In this document: positions 1-6,798 of the stretch, piece after piece
How positions within the stretch are numbered: position 1 is the first letter of the stretch
Layout: every line of letters starts with the position of its first letter
IMG/VR virus record: IMGVR_UViG_3300032334_000224
Coordinates: 1 to 54,698 of that record
DNA length: 54,698 bases
Direction: 5' to 3' (one strand)
Origin: a virus
Taxonomy: Duplodnaviria > Caudoviricetes
The notes under the pieces: model-generated
What the model saw: only the letters and a program-made list of their open reading frames with translations
Databases searched by the model: none
Told to the model about the DNA's origin: nothing
Program-made: the position numbers and the translations under genes

Positions 1-1
1 A

Positions 2-424
2 TACGGTTATGGCAACTGGTATGACTACTGCGTAGGCGAGTGGGGCACCAAGTGGGATGTAGGCGCGGATGGCACAACTGATGTGCATCCAGATGGCAAG
101 ATGCTACACACCTACTTCGACTCAGCGTGGAGTCCTCCGGTAGCGGCCTACGAGAAGTTGACTGAGATGGGCTTTACCGTAGGCGCAATGTATTACGAAC
201 CAGGCATGGCCTACGCTGGGATCTACGACAGCGAGACTGGTGATGAAGAATACAACTTAGAAGGTATGAGTAGCCAGCAGGTCGCCGATGAGATCCCTGC
301 AGAACTAGACGAGGCCTTTGGCATCAGCGAATGCATCGCAGAATACGAGGCTGAGGAAACCGAAGAGCTCACAGAGTGGATCAAAGACGGTGCAGAGCAA
401 CGCACCAAGTTGGGGTTAGAGTGA
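2..424 (+). CDS. DUF1281/YubB ferredoxin-like phage protein (5'-truncated)
   Basis: Frame is open from position 2 (YGYGNWYDYCVGEWGTKWDV). Motifs WGTKWD, FDSAWSPP and YYEPGM are typical of the family. Confidence 0.75.
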   Translation, partial: YGYGNWYDYCVGEWGTKWDVGADGTTDVHPDGKMLHTYFDSAWSPPVAAYEKLTEMGFTVGAMYYEPGMAYAGIYDSETGDEEYNLEGMSSQQVADEIPAELDEAFGISECIAEYEAEETEELTEWIKDGAEQRTKLGLE

Positions 425-711
425 GTCTAATCAAACTCGATCGACGCTACAACGGGCACCAGCACTGGACCCATAAGTGGGAAAAGTATGGTTATGGTGC
501 TGAGGCCCGTAGCAAGATCATCCTTAACTTCTTTGACATACGGGAATACCTAACTCGAATGAACGGACTGGGCTGTTTCGAGTTTGAAGCGGGATGGCTA
601 CAGCGAGCAGGACGGGCAGTGCCTGAATGGGGCTTTAATGAGGCGGGCAACGTGTTCCTCAGAGACAGCGCATTGGTTAACTTCCGATTAGCACAGGAGA
701 AATGGCAATAA
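421..711 (+). CDS. hypothetical early protein
   Basis: GTG at 421 overlaps the upstream stop (GTGA coupling). Confidence 0.6.
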   Translation: MSLIKLDRRYNGHQHWTHKWEKYGYGAEARSKIILNFFDIREYLTRMNGLGCFEFEAGWLQRAGRAVPEWGFNEAGNVFLRDSALVNFRLAQEKWQ

Positions 712-902
712 TGGCAACTGGTAAACGAGTATTTGAGTTCAAGTTTGAAGTCATCTGTACCGGAGAGGGTACAGCGGACGAAGTGAGGATCGAGGAAATG
801 ATCGATCTCTCCATGCAGGATCTGGTCTATGACGATGAGTTCATCACCGCCCTAGACGAGAAGGAAGCAGTGACTATTCGAGTGTCTAGATTGGACAAAT
901 GA
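711..902 (+). CDS. small acidic hypothetical protein
   Basis: ATG at 711 is coupled to the upstream TAA; MATGKRVFEF... Confidence 0.6.
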   Translation: MATGKRVFEFKFEVICTGEGTADEVRIEEMIDLSMQDLVYDDEFITALDEKEAVTIRVSRLDK

Positions 903-906
903 ATGG

Positions 907-935
907 TTGACTGTTTGGTAGCTTGATGCTACAAT
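907..935 (+). promoter_or_regulatory. sigma70-type early promoter P1
   Basis: TTGACT-N17-TACAAT with extended -10 TG. Confidence 0.85.
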
Positions 936-990
936 AATAACATGCTGAATATTTGGCATAACTTTAACACACACAGAAAGAGGTAACAAA

Positions 991-1293
991 ATGGCAACTG
1001 ATAAAAAGTTTAGCGTAGCGGGTGTTTCGACACTTGAAGGCAAGACCAAGATTCGTTTCGCGAATGATACGATGCGAATCAAGATCCTTGCAAAGAACGG
1101 CCACACCAACGTGGACCTGATCAATCTCCCCAACGAGATGACCAAGGCTGAGATCGCAGCATACATGACCGCAGAAGGTTTTGGTGCTGATAAGCCTGAA
1201 GTACAAGCGGCGATCGCTTACATCGCCAAGAAGAATCCTGCGCCAGTCGCAGTGAAACAAGCAGCCCCGCAGAAAGCTGCTGTTACTGCCTAA
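991..1293 (+). CDS. conserved hypothetical phage protein
   Basis: GAGGT SD, own promoter and downstream terminator. Confidence 0.8.
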   Translation: MATDKKFSVAGVSTLEGKTKIRFANDTMRIKILAKNGHTNVDLINLPNEMTKAEIAAYMTAEGFGADKPEVQAAIAYIAKKNPAPVAVKQAAPQKAAVTA

Positions 1294-1324
1294 TACGGTT
1301 CGCTCCCCGTAAGGCAGTGTTGAA

Positions 1325-1355
1325 AGGCCCTACTTTATGTAGGGTCTTTTTTTTT
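1325..1355 (+). terminator. intrinsic terminator
   Basis: AGGCCCTAC-TTTAT-GTAGGGTCT stem followed by a T run. Confidence 0.85.
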
Positions 1356-1357
1356 GG

Positions 1358-1386
1358 TTGACAAACCTAGCATCTGATGCTACAAT
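1358..1386 (+). promoter_or_regulatory. sigma70-type early promoter P2
   Basis: TTGACA-N17-TACAAT with extended -10 TG. Confidence 0.9.
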
Positions 1387-1417
1387 ACAACTATCAACTA
1401 AAGAAAGTGAGCGAAAC

Positions 1418-1660
1418 ATGAATAACAAACTAAAAGCCGCAACATTTGTAGTAATCTACACATTGGGCATCGTCCTAGCAGTTGGCACAGTCCAGCTCAT
1501 CCTTAACTACCTGGATCCCACGTTGGAGCAACTGGGAGTTGGTTTCTCAGTGCTGTTGTTGGCCTACGCTATGAAGATGATGTTTGATATGCGTTTGGGC
1601 CAGCTAGAAGCACGTGATCGCTTGAACAAGATCACTGAGAACAATCCTACACTTAAATAA
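1418..1660 (+). CDS. two-TM membrane protein
   Basis: ATG 1418 lies downstream of P2; two hydrophobic segments. Confidence 0.7.
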   Translation: MNNKLKAATFVVIYTLGIVLAVGTVQLILNYLDPTLEQLGVGFSVLLLAYAMKMMFDMRLGQLEARDRLNKITENNPTLK

Positions 1661-1664
1661 CTGT

Positions 1665-2042
1665 ATGGAAGACATCATCTTAAACTGCCTGCTGTTCTTT
1701 GTGGCATTTGGCCTAGGCGTGTTGGCTTCAGGTCATTTCCACAGGAAAATTCTTCATGAGCTGCTGCGGGAACTTGGAATCACTCCCCAGCAACTGGAAG
1801 AACTACAGCATCGATTAGCATCACAGATCGATGCTGGAGAGAACGGTCTAGAGTTGGTTGAAATCCGTCTCGAGAAGCACCAGGGATTGATATTCGCGTA
1901 TCGCTGCGATGATCATCAATTCCTAGGCCAGGGAACATCAATTGAGGACTTGACGAAGAGTCTCAGCAATAGGCTGCAGGGAGTTCGACTTGTGATCCGC
2001 AGCGAGAACGGTGCAGATCTGTTGCAAAAAAACAACACCTAA
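1665..2042 (+). CDS. membrane-anchored hypothetical protein
   Basis: N-terminal hydrophobic helix followed by a soluble domain (FLGQGTS). Confidence 0.75.
   Translation: MEDIILNCLLFFVAFGLGVLASGHFHRKILHELLRELGITPQQLEELQHRLASQIDAGENGLELVEIRLEKHQGLIFAYRCDDHQFLGQGTSIEDLTKSLSNRLQGVRLVIRSENGADLLQKNNT
2020..2037. promoter_or_regulatory. palindromic regulator site TGTTG-N8-CAACA (copy 1)
   Basis: TGTTGCAAAAAAACAACA, ending 10 nt upstream of the P3 -35. Confidence 0.65.
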
Positions 2043-2047
2043 ATCGG

Positions 2048-2076
2048 TTGACAGATTGGACGCAGAGTGCTATACT
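2048..2076 (+). promoter_or_regulatory. sigma70-type early promoter P3
   Basis: TTGACA-N17-TATACT with extended -10 TG. Confidence 0.9.
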
Positions 2077-2106
2077 AGAGGCATAGTAAGTAAACAGGAG
2101 CGTAAA

Positions 2107-2190
2107 ATGTCAGACACAGAAATCCTCGTAACAACAGCAGTGGTAACAGCAATCTTCTTCGTGAAGGTCTGGATCCTCTCTAAGATCTAA
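2107..2190 (+). CDS. 27-aa single-TM microprotein (not in ORF track)
   Basis: AGGAG at 2096-2100; MSDTEILVTTAVVTAIFFVKVWILSKI*; first ORF after P3. Confidence 0.7.
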   Translation: MSDTEILVTTAVVTAIFFVKVWILSKI

Positions 2191-2200
2191 GGACACACAA

Positions 2201-2536
2201 ATGAAACTACACATTAGCTGTCAGTTTATGGAAAACTACGGTGCCCACGATTGGGACGGAGTAGGTCAGTGCCCGCAACACTGGAAGTTCAAGGGTGGCG
2301 AAGACTACTTCTACCCCTTAGGTGATTCAGCAGCTGATTGGGACATTCCAAAGCTGGTTGATGCGCTGCGCGGTCGGGTGGAATGGGATGAGGACTACAG
2401 CCGCCAGTACATCGTAGGTACAGCAGTTGTGGAGGACGACTTCATGACTGAATACGAGAAGAGTCAGTTAGAGTACGATGGTAAGGTCACCTACCCGGCG
2501 GTGACACTGTTAGATCTCAACGAGGAGACAGCATGA
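2201..2536 (+). CDS. conserved hypothetical phage protein
   Basis: TAAGGA SD; ENYGAHDWDG..CPQ.WKFKGG motif. Confidence 0.8.
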   Translation: MKLHISCQFMENYGAHDWDGVGQCPQHWKFKGGEDYFYPLGDSAADWDIPKLVDALRGRVEWDEDYSRQYIVGTAVVEDDFMTEYEKSQLEYDGKVTYPAVTLLDLNEETA

Positions 2537-2649
2537 AAGCAGTGATAGTGATCCTGGCCCTTGCGGCCCTAAGTGCCTGCTCAACAGTAGCAGGAGTCGG
2601 TAAAGATATACAAAGCTCAGCTGAGTGGACCAAGGAGAAGATGAAGTGA
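2533..2649 (+). CDS. entericidin EcnA/B-family lipoprotein (not in ORF track)
   Basis: GAGGAG SD and ATGA overlap. MKAVIVILALAALSACSTVAGVGKDIQSSAEWTKEKMK* has lipobox LSAC followed by TVAGVGKDIQ. Confidence 0.8.
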   Translation: MKAVIVILALAALSACSTVAGVGKDIQSSAEWTKEKMK

Positions 2650-2915
2650 AATCCCTGATAATTGCAGCCATGATTGTAGCCGGGGTCGCGCCCGTGCAAG
2701 CCCAAGACATTACTCCACGTGAGCTGCTGGGCATCACCGTGGGAGCCATCATTGGCTACGAATTGACCAAGCAGCGAGACGAACCCCGCCCGGTAATTCA
2801 GCAGCAGCAGGTCATCATAGCCCACAGACACGAGCCACGTAGGGTTTGCTGGAATCGTCAGCTCTACAACGCAGGCGGTCCCCCTGTGATCGTTCAGGAA
2901 TGTCAATACCAATAG
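2646..2915 (+). CDS. secreted protein with glycine-zipper-like segment
   Basis: GTG 2646 after AAGGAG; signal peptide ending VQA; LLGITVGAIIG. Confidence 0.7.
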   Translation: MKSLIIAAMIVAGVAPVQAQDITPRELLGITVGAIIGYELTKQRDEPRPVIQQQQVIIAHRHEPRRVCWNRQLYNAGGPPVIVQECQYQ

Positions 2916-2933
2916 TGTTGTAAAAATACCACA
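2916..2933. promoter_or_regulatory. palindromic regulator site (copy 2)
   Basis: TGTTGTAAAAATACCACA, ending 10 nt upstream of the P4 -35. Confidence 0.6.
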
Positions 2934-2943
2934 GTCTTTTTGG

Positions 2944-2972
2944 TTGACATTTTGGACAACAGGTGTTATACT
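2944..2972 (+). promoter_or_regulatory. sigma70-type early promoter P4
   Basis: TTGACA-N17-TATACT with extended -10 TG. Confidence 0.9.
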
Positions 2973-3001
2973 ATGTACATAGTAAGAAATAAGGACAAGA
3001 G

Positions 3002-3226
3002 ATGATAAACACCTGTTTGCAATGGCTAGGAACTACAGCGTTAATCGCAATGTATGTAGTGATGAGCTTCTACCCTAACCTGCATCCACTGAACATTCTG
3101 TTGGGACTCTGCGGTGGTGTCTGCTACTTTGCTTGGAGTTACAGAGTCCGTAACAAACCTCAGCAGCTGGTTAACATGGCAGGGATCTTGGTCTGTGCCG
3201 CTGGACTATTAAAGGTATATCTATGA
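3002..3226 (+). CDS. three-TM small membrane protein
   Basis: TAAGGA SD; three hydrophobic helices. Confidence 0.75.
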   Translation: MINTCLQWLGTTALIAMYVVMSFYPNLHPLNILLGLCGGVCYFAWSYRVRNKPQQLVNMAGILVCAAGLLKVYL

Positions 3227-3441
3227 TACTCAACAACCTAACAGATCGTCAACGCTTGGTAGCTGATATCCTTTGGATGAGCGAAAGCAAGGAAGACCTC
3301 AACCTTAGGCTGCGAAGCCTCCCACGTGAGGATCAATTCTCCGCAGCAGCGATCACTGAATTGATGATCATGGGCGGAGACGAGGTCAGCAATACCCAGG
3401 ACGCAGCTAGGGTTTTAGCTAAGTTTCGGTTGACGAACTAG
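3223..3441 (+). CDS. hypothetical protein
   Basis: ATGA coupling to the previous gene. Confidence 0.7.
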   Translation: MILNNLTDRQRLVADILWMSESKEDLNLRLRSLPREDQFSAAAITELMIMGGDEVSNTQDAARVLAKFRLTN

Positions 3442-3458
3442 CATTTTGGACATATAAT
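3430..3458 (+). promoter_or_regulatory. sigma70-type early promoter P5
   Basis: TTGACG-N17-TATAAT. Confidence 0.85.
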
Positions 3459-3490
3459 AGACACATAGCAACAAACAGTAGGAGCGATAT

Positions 3491-3697
3491 ATGACAATCA
3501 CAGTAGCACAAATGATCCAGGCATTGCAGGCATTGCCTCAGGACGCAGAGTTGGTAGTGACTGCCACAGGTTATTACTGTTATTCGGAGTTGGGCGACAT
3601 CATGTTGCCAGAAGCCTACACCATAGAGGGTGAGGACGAGGATATCAAGCAGGGCACACAGGTGTTCCGCATCGGCCACAGTCATCAAAGTTATTAA
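3491..3697 (+). CDS. hypothetical protein (MTV.QLI..LQ.LP.DA.V type)
   Basis: AGGAG SD; N-terminus typical of small early phage proteins. Confidence 0.75.
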   Translation: MTITVAQMIQALQALPQDAELVVTATGYYCYSELGDIMLPEAYTIEGEDEDIKQGTQVFRIGHSHQSY

Positions 3698-3706
3698 GGA
3701 GCTGAT

Positions 3707-3946
3707 ATGAAAATCAATGAGATCCAGACCTACAAGACCTTCGGTACAATCCAATGCGTACTGGATGAGGATGGTCGCAAGTGCTATAACTATACGCACA
3801 CATTCTTCGGCGAAACTGTCACGGAAGACACCCTGAAAGCTGCCCGAGAGATGCTGGAATACGATCAAGAACAAGCACAGAAGATCCGTGCCGCGATCAA
3901 CACACTGCGTGTGAGAGGCTACAAAGTCTATAAAGAAATCGGTTGA
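3707..3946 (+). CDS. hypothetical protein
   Basis: TAAGGAG SD. Confidence 0.75.
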   Translation: MKINEIQTYKTFGTIQCVLDEDGRKCYNYTHTFFGETVTEDTLKAAREMLEYDQEQAQKIRAAINTLRVRGYKVYKEIG

Positions 3947-3971
3947 CAGTTTGGACAACTGGTAGTATAAT
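3943..3971 (+). promoter_or_regulatory. sigma70-type early promoter P6
   Basis: Perfect TTGACA-N17-TATAAT. Confidence 0.92.
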
Positions 3972-4002
3972 ACACACATACAAACGCAACTAGGAGCAGG
4001 CA

Positions 4003-4221
4003 ATGGACTACCCAAAACGCATTATCCCGGGCTTCGGTGAAGTGGGCGTAGACTCTGAAGCATCACCAGGTAACGGCAGCTACTATGTAAAGGTCTATGA
4101 CGGCAGCTACGACAGCTTGGGATTTGACACAGAAGACGAAGCCTATGCTGAACTAGTGGCCATGCGCGAGGAACTCCGTGATGCTATCCAGGCCATGCGC
4201 GAGGCAGACAGCCGTATATGA
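4003..4221 (+). CDS. hypothetical protein
   Basis: AGGAG SD after P6. Confidence 0.7.
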   Translation: MDYPKRIIPGFGEVGVDSEASPGNGSYYVKVYDGSYDSLGFDTEDEAYAELVAMREELRDAIQAMREADSRI

Positions 4222-4313
4222 TGGACATCAGAGACTCAGCAGCACTGGTCTTTATCGTGGCAGTCTTGCCCACAATCCTACTAGGGTTATTGATCTTTTG
4301 GTTGACAATCTGA
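4218..4313 (+). CDS. 31-aa single-TM microprotein (not in ORF track)
   Basis: ATGA overlap; MMDIRDSAALVFIVAVLPTILLGLLIFWLTI*. Confidence 0.55.
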   Translation: MMDIRDSAALVFIVAVLPTILLGLLIFWLTI

Positions 4314-4330
4314 TGTTTTGGATATACAAT
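4302..4330 (+). promoter_or_regulatory. sigma70-type early promoter P7
   Basis: TTGACA-N17-TACAAT. Confidence 0.88.
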
Positions 4331-4362
4331 ACACACATACATTAACAAACAAGGAGCAACAC

Positions 4363-4545
4363 ATGTCAGAACGTTCAGCATTTTTCGTATTCATCGTAGG
4401 CCTGCTTATGACCATCGGCGCTGTGGGCGGCATTGAGAACTCAGTAGAGAACTCTGCATTACTGTCTAGCATGGTAGTGGCCATAGTGGGTCTGTTAGTG
4501 ATGTATTGTGGTGTGTTGGGATTGCGTAATGCAGACTTATACTAA
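4363..4545 (+). CDS. two-TM membrane protein
   Basis: AAGGAG SD before ATG 4363; GLLMTIGAVGGIE. Confidence 0.75.
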   Translation: MSERSAFFVFIVGLLMTIGAVGGIENSVENSALLSSMVVAIVGLLVMYCGVLGLRNADLY

Positions 4546-4741
4546 GCTCACTGCTGTTGTGTTAACCCTAGCACTAACAGCCTGTGGCACTATACACGAT
4601 CGCAGAGATGCTCCTTGGGATCCACCCGCAGGCTCAGGACGCACACTGTTAGATCAGATCCCTAACTGGGATAACGCAGCAGCAAAGATCTGCTGTGGCC
4701 GTCTGCGTGTATGTGAAGCACATCAGAGCCCACGTTGTTAG
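4529..4741 (+). CDS. Cys-rich lipoprotein
   Basis: Signal peptide with lipobox LTAC; C-terminal CC..C..C. Confidence 0.7.
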   Translation: MQTYTKLTAVVLTLALTACGTIHDRRDAPWDPPAGSGRTLLDQIPNWDNAAAKICCGRLRVCEAHQSPRC

Positions 4742-4757
4742 CAGCTGAAGGACACAT

Positions 4758-4982
4758 ATGGGATACATCGTATACAACACAGCATCAGGACGTGCAGATC
4801 GCTACTATAAACTAGAGCGCACAGCACGAGCACAGGCTACAAAGCGCAACAGAGATCCCTACAGGTCAAAGTTCGAAGCCGGCGAGTACCGAGCCATCAG
4901 CTATGCAGCCTACGAAGGTGTGCTGATGGGACTCAAGGATGCCAACCTGAAGTACTGGGATTGGTTGAACTCGGCGAGGTGA
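4758..4982 (+). CDS. basic hypothetical protein
   Basis: AAGGA SD. Confidence 0.7.
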   Translation: MGYIVYNTASGRADRYYKLERTARAQATKRNRDPYRSKFEAGEYRAISYAAYEGVLMGLKDANLKYWDWLNSAR

Positions 4983-5038
4983 TGGACGATGGTGGGGTGA
5001 TGCCTCCATGGTGGGGGTGGGGGGCATAGTGTGTGTAG

Positions 5039-5056
5039 TGTTGTATTTTAGCAACA
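5039..5056. promoter_or_regulatory. palindromic regulator site (copy 3, inverted)
   Basis: TGTTGTATTTTAGCAACA; reverse complement TGTTGCTAAAATACAACA matches copies 1 and 2. Confidence 0.6.
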
Positions 5057-5160
5057 GTGGTAGCAAATCACCACCCTGAAATGATAAGTACTCCACCCAA
5101 AATTTATGCGCGACCAAATTTTTATCCCTGTATACCCATTTCAGCACAATAAATATCACT

Positions 5161-5358
5161 ATGCGTAAACTCTATCTCACACTAAATCTCACTCCCGCTC
5201 CAGTGTTTTTCTTGGGCTTTATTCACAGTTTCTATTATCCCAGCATTGTCTGCGGCACAGATCATGCCATGACTATAATGTGGTTCACCATGTTCGTTGC
5301 GCATTTGGCACCGTGGGTCATGTATCTACAGCAGCGTTACCTTTCCAGGAACACTTAG
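5161..5358 (+). CDS. small membrane protein
   Basis: TAAATA 5150-5155 lies 5 nt before the ATG; hydrophobic. Confidence 0.6.
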   Translation: MRKLYLTLNLTPAPVFFLGFIHSFYYPSIVCGTDHAMTIMWFTMFVAHLAPWVMYLQQRYLSRNT

Positions 5359-5535
5359 GCAACAGTGATAGTTGCCCTGTATGACACTCCACGCATCCCA
5401 GTAGTACATTTCCACTAGATCTCGACGATCTTCTACCCACATGAGATCACACATCTGTATACGACCGCCCGGACCCTGTATGACACAGTCCCAACGGTTT
5501 TGGCTATTGCGAGCATGATGTTCAAGAGTGATCAT
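5326..5535 (-). CDS. hypothetical protein
   Basis: TATATA-N5-ATG (5541-5546) supports a start at 5535 (MITLEHH...). Confidence 0.5.
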   Translation of the reverse strand: MITLEHHARNSQNRWDCVIQGPGGRIQMCDLMWVEDRRDLVEMYYWDAWSVIQGNYHCCLSVPGKVTLL

Positions 5536-5565
5536 TACTGTATATAGCACTAGATATATAACTCT

Positions 5566-5646
5566 ATGTATACACCCATACCCCAAGACTCAGTTCTAGT
5601 TGAAATCATTCTGGAACTGCTAAAACTATACTCTACTACCCTATGA
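5566..5646 (+). CDS. 26-aa microprotein (not in ORF track)
   Basis: TATATA-N5-ATG; MYTPIPQDSVLVEIILELLKLYSTTL*; ATGA overlap with the next gene. Confidence 0.45.
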   Translation: MYTPIPQDSVLVEIILELLKLYSTTL

Positions 5647-5861
5647 CTATTTTTATTCCAGTGTTGATTATCTGCATAAATGCTCAGTGCGAGTTCCAGC
5701 AGGCCATGACCTATTATCTTGCGGAATCACAGTGTCGCACGGTCATGCACACACAGCGAGATGCCATGCGAACTCTGACTCTACGTGCAGGCACCACAGC
5801 AGTTATAGAAGGCACCTGCATCTCTGCTGACATCAAGGCCATTAGAGGCTATTCCCTATAA
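5643..5861 (+). CDS. Cys-containing hypothetical protein
   Basis: Hydrophobic N-terminus with C-x4-C. Confidence 0.65.
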   Translation: MTIFIPVLIICINAQCEFQQAMTYYLAESQCRTVMHTQRDAMRTLTLRAGTTAVIEGTCISADIKAIRGYSL

Positions 5862-5862
5862 C

Positions 5863-6066
5863 GTGGAGTTACTGTCTAGAGTTCTTCCTAAGCTGATATC
5901 TATGCTGTTGTCATGGATGGACTCCGCTAATCTACGGGATCAGATGTACTCACAGGCACAGCGTATAGAGATCCTAGAAACAGCACTGGAGGACATAGAT
6001 CGTGTTAATGCAGCTGGTGCTAAGGATGCTATAATAGCTAAAATCGTTGCTAACACTAGAAAATAA
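5863..6066 (+). CDS. coiled-coil hypothetical protein
   Basis: Follows the previous gene directly; heptad-like sequence. Confidence 0.55.
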   Translation: MELLSRVLPKLISMLLSWMDSANLRDQMYSQAQRIEILETALEDIDRVNAAGAKDAIIAKIVANTRK

Positions 6067-6086
6067 ACTGCGTATATAATAGAAGT

Positions 6087-6165
6087 AAAAAAATCTGCGC
6101 TTAACACTTCGTGTAAAAAACCGTTTACGCTTCGCGCTGTCAAAATTTCTGCGCCCGGCTTCGCC
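6087..6165. other. cluster of three triloop mini-hairpins plus TCTGCGC repeats (candidate origin/priming signal)
   Basis: ACAC-TTC-GTGT, CGC-TTC-GCG and GGC-TTC-GCC in an intergenic gap. Confidence 0.5.
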
Positions 6166-6201
6166 TGCTGGTAAGTATATGACCCTACAAGGACAACACC
6201 T

Positions 6202-6555
6202 ATGACACTCTCACAAATCATCGCAGCCAATCTAGCAGCACTGGTTCTGCTTTACTTGGTATATCATCGTATCACTTGGGCAAAAATCCGTGAATGCTAC
6301 GGCATGTGGTTTACCCGTGAATATTGGACAGACTATAATACTGTGGAATTTTTAAGCTGGACGGCCAAGGCCATGATCATCGTTCCTGGTTTGATCTTTG
6401 GCCTACAGATATGGTGGCTTTACTTCTTTACACTGGTAACAAGTCTGACACTGATCTGGGCCAGTGAAAAGAAACTGTTGCCCACACTGGTGGGATTTAA
6501 CACCATTTGGGCTTGGATCAGCTGCATGGTTCTAGCACAGCATTTGGTTAAATAA
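6202..6555 (+). CDS. multi-TM membrane protein
   Basis: AAGGA SD; several Trp-rich hydrophobic helices. Confidence 0.8.
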   Translation: MTLSQIIAANLAALVLLYLVYHRITWAKIRECYGMWFTREYWTDYNTVEFLSWTAKAMIIVPGLIFGLQIWWLYFFTLVTSLTLIWASEKKLLPTLVGFNTIWAWISCMVLAQHLVK

Positions 6556-6579
6556 TACATAGTTCAAAGAGGACTCACT

Positions 6580-6798
6580 ATGCCATTTTTAATCGTTAAA
6601 GCACGTAACACTGTCACTGGACAGACTCAAAAACAACAGGACCTAACAGGCCACAGGTTCACCATGGAACAGCGCAGTCTAGCTGAAGATCGCGCTCGTC
6701 AGTTTGCAGAAACACTGAGTCAGCGCACTGGAGATACTTGGACGGGATTAGTTGAAGAATACGAGCCCGTGGCTCGTATCATTGATACAGATAATTAA
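6580..6798 (+). CDS. hypothetical protein
   Basis: TAAATA 6549-6554 and GAGGA SD. Confidence 0.75.
   Translation: MPFLIVKARNTVTGQTQKQQDLTGHRFTMEQRSLAEDRARQFAETLSQRTGDTWTGLVEEYEPVARIIDTDN

Noticed and set aside
3419-4015. 198-aa - strand ORF and other antisense ORFs over the early region
   Set aside because: They shadow + strand genes that have promoters and SD sites, and contain no recognisable motifs.
905-4340. Recurring GGTTGAC...CATA units as a CRISPR array or mobile repeat
   Set aside because: Irregular spacing, low identity and ORFs in between; fully explained as promoters.
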